Assembly (NCBI RefSeq): GCF_016127575.1
Contig: NZ_CP066018.1
Coordinates: 3,870,001 to 3,902,000, forward strand
From: Cupriavidus necator
Lineage (GTDB): Bacteria > Pseudomonadota > Gammaproteobacteria > Burkholderiales > Burkholderiaceae
Direction: 5' to 3'
DNA length: 32,000 nt
Positions 26,683-32,000 of the stretch are shown one piece after another; the first letter of the stretch is position 1, and every line of letters begins with the position of its first letter. The position numbers and the translations under genes are program-made. The notes under the pieces are model-generated. The model was not told the DNA's origin. It was given only the letters and a program-made list of their open reading frames with translations, and did not search any database.

Positions 26683-27531
26683 TCAGTCCAGCAGGTCCGG
26701 CTGCTCCTTGACGATGCGGGCATAGAGCGGCTGGAACTGGAACCAGCCCGCCTGCGCCGTGCCGACGATCGAATAGGCCTGGCGCGCGGCCGCATCGGAG
26801 ATCAGCTTGAGCGGCGCCTGGGTGCGCGCCGCGGCGGCTTCGGCCAGCAGCTGGACCTGGCAGGAGCGCTCCATGGTGATGAACCACCAGGCGGCTTCGT
26901 CCACGGTCTTGCCGACCGTCAGCAGGCCATGGTTCTGCAGGATCGCGGCCTTGTTCTGGCCCAGCGCATTGGCGATGCGCTGGCCTTCGTCGAGCTCCAC
27001 CACCACGCCGCCGAAATCGTCATAGACCGCATGATCCTGGTAGAACGCGCACACGTCCTGCGTGAGCGGATCGAGCGGGCGGCCCAGCGTGGACCACGCG
27101 CGGCCATGGGTGCTGTGCGAATGCGCTGCCGCGACCGCGTCGGAGCGGGTCTGGTGCACGCGCGAATGGATGGCGAAGGCCGCGGCATTGACCGGGTAGT
27201 CGCCCTCGACCACGTCGCCGTGGTGGTCGCAGCGGATCAGGTTGGAGACCTTGACCTGGCTGAAATGGACGCCGAAGGGATTGACCCAGAAGGTATCGGG
27301 AAACTCCGGGTCGCGCGCGGTGATATGGCCGGCCACGCCTTCGTCGAAACCGAACCTGGAAAACAGCCGGAAGGCCGCGGCCAGGCGCTGCTTGCGGTGC
27401 AGGCGCTCTGCGGCGGCGGTGGCGAACTGCGGCGGGCGCGGCAGGTTGCGGTAGCGGGCCTTGACCTCTTCGGGCAGGCCGGCGCCGATCTCGTCGCCGC
27501 TCTGGATTTGCGGGGCTTGCGGGGCATTCAT
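26683..27531 (-). CDS. Class II aldolase/adducin-family protein
   Basis: It has ..DEGVAGHITARDPE.. and ..AAHSHSTHG.. motifs. I prefer the ATG at 27531 (GGAGA 5 nt upstream) over 27543. Confidence 0.8.
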   Translation of the reverse strand: MNAPQAPQIQSGDEIGAGLPEEVKARYRNLPRPPQFATAAAERLHRKQRLAAAFRLFSRFGFDEGVAGHITARDPEFPDTFWVNPFGVHFSQVKVSNLIRCDHHGDVVEGDYPVNAAAFAIHSRVHQTRSDAVAAAHSHSTHGRAWSTLGRPLDPLTQDVCAFYQDHAVYDDFGGVVVELDEGQRIANALGQNKAAILQNHGLLTVGKTVDEAAWWFITMERSCQVQLLAEAAAARTQAPLKLISDAAARQAYSIVGTAQAGWFQFQPLYARIVKEQPDLLD

Positions 27532-27564
27532 CGGTGTCTCCATCTTTTTGGTGAAATCCGTTGC

Positions 27565-27593
27565 CCGCGGCGCGCCCGGCAGGCGCGCCGCGG
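27565..27593 (-). terminator. 12-bp GC stem-loop after the oxidoreductase gene (weak U-tract)
   Basis: CCGCGGCGCGCC CGGCA GGCGCGCCGCGG. It is 16 nt downstream of the stop at 27609. Confidence 0.35.
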
Positions 27594-27608
27594 CCCTGCA
27601 TGCGCCGG

Positions 27609-28619
27609 TCAGACCAGCTTGACCAGCTGCTTGCCGAAGTTCTTGCCCTTGAGCAGGCCGATAAAGGCTTCAGGCGCGCTGGCCAGGCCTTCGGCAATGC
27701 TCTCGCGGAACTTGAGCTTGCCCTGGGCGACGGCGGTGCCCAGTTCCTTCAGCGCCTGCGGCCAGACCTCCATATGCTCGGAGACGATAAAGCCTTCGAT
27801 GGTCAGGCGCGACACCAGGATCAGCTGCGGGTTCTTCAGCGGCAGCGGCTGGCCGTCATAGCCCGCGATCATGCCGCACATGGCGATGCGGCCGAAGGCG
27901 TTCATGCGCGTCAGCACGGCGTCCAGGATATCGCCGCCGACATTCTCGAAATAGCCGTCGATGCCGTCCGGGGTGGCTTCCTTGAGCATCTTGTAGAGCT
28001 CCTTGGGATCCTTGGCCGCCTTGTAGTCGATGCAGGCATCGAAGCCCAGCTCATTGACCACGTAGTCGCACTTGTCCTTGCCGCCGGCAAAGCCGACCGC
28101 GCGGCAGCCGGCCAGCTTGGCCAGCTGCCCGACCACGCTGCCCACTGCGCCGGAGGCAGCGCTGACCGCGATGGTCTTGCCCGGCTTGGGCAGGATGATC
28201 TTGTTCAGGCCATACCAGGCGGTCACGCCCGGCATGCCGACCGAACCGAGGTAGGCCGACAGCGGGATATGCGTGGTGTCGACCGGCTGCAGGCCGGTGC
28301 CGTCGCTGACGCCCATCTCCTGCCAGCCGAACATGCCGACCACCTTGTCGCCTGGCTTGAACTTGCTGTTCCTGCTTTCCACCACTTCGCCCACGGTGCC
28401 GCCGATCATGACCTCATCGAGCGGCTGCGGCGCGGCGTAGGACTTGCTGTCGTTCATGCGGCCGCGCATGTACGGGTCCAGCGACAGGTAGTGGTTGCGC
28501 ACCAGCACCTGGCCGTCGGCGATCTGCGGCACGGGCACTTCTTCCAGGCGGAAATTGGCCGGCGTCACCGCGCCTTCGGGACGCGAGGCCAGGACGATGC
28601 GCTTGAACGTTTTGGACAT
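27609..28619 (-). CDS. NADP-dependent oxidoreductase, zinc-independent MDR family (YncB/CurA/alkenal-one reductase type)
   Basis: It has ..FRLEEVPVPQIADGQVLVRNHYLSLDPYMRGRM.. and ..AASGAVGSVVGQLAKLAGCRAVG... AAGGAA SD. Confidence 0.85.
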   Translation of the reverse strand: MSKTFKRIVLASRPEGAVTPANFRLEEVPVPQIADGQVLVRNHYLSLDPYMRGRMNDSKSYAAPQPLDEVMIGGTVGEVVESRNSKFKPGDKVVGMFGWQEMGVSDGTGLQPVDTTHIPLSAYLGSVGMPGVTAWYGLNKIILPKPGKTIAVSAASGAVGSVVGQLAKLAGCRAVGFAGGKDKCDYVVNELGFDACIDYKAAKDPKELYKMLKEATPDGIDGYFENVGGDILDAVLTRMNAFGRIAMCGMIAGYDGQPLPLKNPQLILVSRLTIEGFIVSEHMEVWPQALKELGTAVAQGKLKFRESIAEGLASAPEAFIGLLKGKNFGKQLVKLV

Positions 28620-28713
28620 GGTCGATTCCTTTCAGTAGGAATATGGAACGGCTTGAATACTGCGTCGGGAAGGGACAGCCGCGCTGCCCCGTCTGCTGCA
28701 TCGGTGCCGGCGC

Positions 28714-29151
28714 TCAGCCGTCGGCACCGGTATCGGTCTCACCCGGGCGCTGCGGCGGCATGCGCCGGATGTACTTGAAGGTGCCCGAGCCGCGCGCCAC
28801 GGTCTTGCCGTCGGCGTCGACGATCTCGGCTTCGCAGAACACCATGGTGGTGGTGCGGTGCACGGTGGTGCCGCGCGCGGTCAGCGCGCCGCGCCCCGGC
28901 GCCATGAAGCTGGTCTTCATCTCGATGGTGACCACGCCCCGGCCATCCGCGTCGCTGCTGCGGCCGGCCACCGCCATGGCCACGTCGAGCAGCGTCATGA
29001 TTACGCCGCCGTGGGCCATGTCCCAGCTGTTCTGGTGGCGCTTCTCGATCGGCAGTGCGATCTCGCTGCGGCCGCCTTCGGCGAGGTTGCAGGTCACGCC
29101 GAGGTCGGCGAGGAAGGGAATGTGGGTCAGGGGGCCTTTGAACTGGTTCAT
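28714..29151 (-). CDS. PaaI-family hotdog thioesterase
   Basis: It has ..HQNSWDMAHGGVIMTLLDVAMAVA... I chose the ATG at 29151, because the longer track ORF adds an Arg/Ala/Pro-rich extension. Confidence 0.8.
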   Translation of the reverse strand: MNQFKGPLTHIPFLADLGVTCNLAEGGRSEIALPIEKRHQNSWDMAHGGVIMTLLDVAMAVAGRSSDADGRGVVTIEMKTSFMAPGRGALTARGTTVHRTTTMVFCEAEIVDADGKTVARGSGTFKYIRRMPPQRPGETDTGADG

Positions 29152-29235
29152 GGCAATTGCGAGTCCGAGAATTAGGTGCCGGCGAGGCCGAGGCCTTGCG
29201 CCGGCCCCAAGTTTGAGGGCAATCCGGGATTCCGC

Positions 29236-29256
29236 CAAGCCGCACGGTGCGGCTTG
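29236..29256 (-). terminator. Stem-loop after the SDR gene (no U-tract)
   Basis: CAAGCCGCA CGG TGCGGCTTG, a 9-bp stem. It is 23 nt downstream of the stop at 29279. Confidence 0.3.
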
Positions 29257-29278
29257 CCCGGAATGCGCCCTGCCCGGC

Positions 29279-30061
<783 letters not shown>

Positions 30062-30107
30062 ATTGTCTTCCTTCGTTCTGTAGGGTTCGGGGATGGGCAA
30101 GCGCCGC

Positions 30108-31970
30108 TCAGAACCACGCGTCCTGCATGTCGAGCGTGGTGCGGTCGAGCGACTCGAGCAGCGCCAGCTGCGGGCCGACCTTGGGCAGCTCCCAGCGGAA
30201 GAAGTAGGCCGCCGCGGCCAGCTTGCCGCGGTAGAAGTCCTCGTCTTCCTTGCCGTTCGCGCGCGGCAGCGCGGCTTGCGCCAGCAGTGCCTGTTCCAGC
30301 CAGATCCACGCCACCACCACGTGCCCGAAGGCCTCCAGGTAGACCGAGGCATTGGCCAGCGTCACGTTGGGGTCGCCCGCGCTCCACAGCGCCTGCGTGA
30401 CCTCGGCCAGGCGCTTGGTGGCGGTGCCGAGGGCGCCTGCCTGCTGCGACAACTCGGCATTGCCGGCGGCGAGCGCGCGGGTGATGGTGTCCTGCACGCG
30501 CTCGCCCAGCAGCTTGAAGGCGGCGCCGTCCTTCATCACCACCTTGCGGCCCAGCAGGTCCAGGCCCTGGATGCCGTGCGTGCCTTCGTGGATCGGGTTG
30601 AGGCGGTTGTCGCGGTAGAACTGCTCGACGTTGTACTCGCGCGTATAGCCGTAGCCGCCATGCACCTGGATCGCCAGGTTGTTGGCCTCCAGGCACCATT
30701 GCGACGGCCAGCTCTTGGCGATCGGGGTCAGGATATCGAGCAATAGCGCCAGGCGCGCATGCGCGGCTTGGTCGCCGGCGGCCGCAGCGGCCTCTTCCTC
30801 GTCGACCAGGCGCGCGCAATAGAGGTTCAGCGCCAGGCCGCCTTCGACATAGCTCTTCTGCGCCAGCAGCATGCGGCGGATATCGGCGTGCTCGACCAGC
30901 TTCACCTGCGGGCTGGCCGCATCCTTGCCGCCGGGGCCGACCGCGCGGCCTTGCGGGCGGTTGCGCGCGTAGTCCAGCGCGTGCAGGTAGCCGGTATAGC
31001 CCAGCATCACCGCGCCCAGGCCCACGCCGATGCGCGCCTCGTTCATCATGTGGAACATGCAGGCCAGGCCCTTGTGCGGCTCGCCCACCAGGTAGCCGAT
31101 CGCGCCGGCCTTGCCGCCCGGCCGGTACTTCATGCCTTCGCCGAAGTTGAGCAGGCAGTTGGTGGTGCCGCGGTAGCCCATCTTGTGGTTCAGGCCGGCC
31201 AGCACCACGTCGTTGTGCTCGCCCAGCGAGCCGTCTTCATTGACCAGGTACTTGGGCACGATGAAGAGCGAGATGCCCTTCACGCCCGGGATCAGCTTGC
31301 CGTCCGGGCCGGGGATCTTGGCCAGCACCAGGTGGACGATATTTTCCGACAGCTCGTGCTCGCCGGCAGAGATCCACATCTTGTTGCCGCGCAGCCGGTA
31401 CTGCGCGCCCAGCGGCGATTCGCCCTCGTACTCGGCGCGCGTGGTGATGTCCGACAGCGACGAGCCCGCCTGCGGCTCGGACAGGCACATGGTGCCGAAG
31501 AAGCGACCGTCCATCTCCGGCTTGACGAAGGTCTCGACCTGCGCCGGCGTGCCGTGCGTCAGCAGCAGGTTGGCGTTGCCGATGGTCAGGAACGGGTACG
31601 AGCTGGTGCCGACGTTGGCACCCTTGAAGTAGGCAAAGCCAGCCTTCTCGACCACCACCGGCAGTTGCATGCCGCCCAGTTCATAGTCCTGGCCGGCGGC
31701 CATCAAGCCGGCCTCGCAGAAGGCCTTCAGCGCGGTGCTGACCTCGGGGATGATGCTGACGGTCTCGCCGTCGAAATGCGGCTCTTGCTGGTCGTTCTTC
31801 TTGTTGTGCGGCGCGAACAGGTCGGTGGCGATTTTCTCGCAGGTGTCCAGCGCGGCGTCGAAAGTCTCGCGCGAGTGGTCGGCATAGCGCGGGATGCGCG
31901 TGAGCTCGTCGACCTTGAGCCATTCGTACAGCACGAAATTCAGGTCGCGGCGGGATAGGATCATCGACAT
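30108..31970 (-). CDS. Large (~620 aa) acyl-CoA dehydrogenase with a C-terminal extension domain
   Basis: It has ..FFGTMCLSEPQAGSSLSDI.. and ..GNKMWISAGEH.. ACAD motifs, and ..QVHGGYGYTREY... The extra C-terminal ~150 aa is typical of the long FadE-like class. GGAGACACC SD. Confidence 0.9.
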   Translation of the reverse strand: MSMILSRRDLNFVLYEWLKVDELTRIPRYADHSRETFDAALDTCEKIATDLFAPHNKKNDQQEPHFDGETVSIIPEVSTALKAFCEAGLMAAGQDYELGGMQLPVVVEKAGFAYFKGANVGTSSYPFLTIGNANLLLTHGTPAQVETFVKPEMDGRFFGTMCLSEPQAGSSLSDITTRAEYEGESPLGAQYRLRGNKMWISAGEHELSENIVHLVLAKIPGPDGKLIPGVKGISLFIVPKYLVNEDGSLGEHNDVVLAGLNHKMGYRGTTNCLLNFGEGMKYRPGGKAGAIGYLVGEPHKGLACMFHMMNEARIGVGLGAVMLGYTGYLHALDYARNRPQGRAVGPGGKDAASPQVKLVEHADIRRMLLAQKSYVEGGLALNLYCARLVDEEEAAAAAGDQAAHARLALLLDILTPIAKSWPSQWCLEANNLAIQVHGGYGYTREYNVEQFYRDNRLNPIHEGTHGIQGLDLLGRKVVMKDGAAFKLLGERVQDTITRALAAGNAELSQQAGALGTATKRLAEVTQALWSAGDPNVTLANASVYLEAFGHVVVAWIWLEQALLAQAALPRANGKEDEDFYRGKLAAAAYFFRWELPKVGPQLALLESLDRTTLDMQDAWF

Positions 31971-32000
31971 GGTGTCTCCATGCGGCGCACTGCGTGGCGT

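Noticed and set aside
25666-27861. Very long ORFs on the strand opposite well-supported genes. Examples are 25666-27861 (+, 731 aa), 28643-30400 (+, 585 aa), 11649-13259 (+, 536 aa), 7385-8968 (-, 527 aa), 1457-2947 (-, 496 aa) and 9614-10900 (+, 428 aa).
   Set aside because: These are typical high-GC shadow ORFs. Their translations are Arg/Ala/Gly/Pro/His-rich and low in complexity, with no recognisable family motifs. Each lies antisense to a gene that has clear motifs, SD sequences and operon logic.

Overview
About two-thirds G+C by eye. This looks like Burkholderiales chromosomal DNA, probably Cupriavidus/Ralstonia-like, judging from the Bug-family binding protein, the porin type, a GGGAGAGGGGAG-type REP hairpin and strong GC3 codon bias. 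I call 32 protein-coding genes. I see no rRNA or tRNA genes, CRISPR arrays, transposase, integrase or phage genes, and no recognisable defence or toxin-antitoxin module. Layout: (i) 1-4724, + strand: a four-carbon acid-sugar (D-erythronate/tetronate) catabolic cluster, otnK(partial)-otnC-MFS-otnI-denD. This pathway is already described. (ii) 4840-10777: unrelated single genes: a hotdog thioesterase, an orphan Bug/TctC binding protein, an HSL-type esterase, an Fe-dependent alcohol dehydrogenase, a stand-alone macro-domain protein and a porin. (iii) 11096-23383, - strand: a tightly packed 13-gene unit. It comprises a HutC-type GntR regulator, a five-component HAAT (Liv-like) ABC importer, an isochorismatase-family cysteine amidohydrolase, two diverged CE4/polysaccharide-deacetylase-like hydrolases, an HMG-CoA-lyase-like lyase, a type III CoA-transferase and a LeuCD-like Fe-S dehydratase. 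(iv) 23764-31970, - strand: eight loosely spaced genes: an epoxide-hydrolase-like alpha/beta hydrolase, two SDRs, an extended GST, a class II aldolase, an NADP-dependent enone-reductase-type MDR, a PaaI thioesterase and a ~620-aa acyl-CoA dehydrogenase. The best candidate for something undescribed is block (iii). I cannot map its enzyme set onto a characterised pathway. It reads as a catabolic route for an N-containing (amide, imide or lactam) compound, funnelled through an unsaturated or hydroxy dicarboxylate to acetyl-CoA plus a 2-oxo acid. That assignment rests on family membership and gene order only. The other findings are small regulatory or structural DNA features. All family assignments come from reading the translations by eye; no searches were run.
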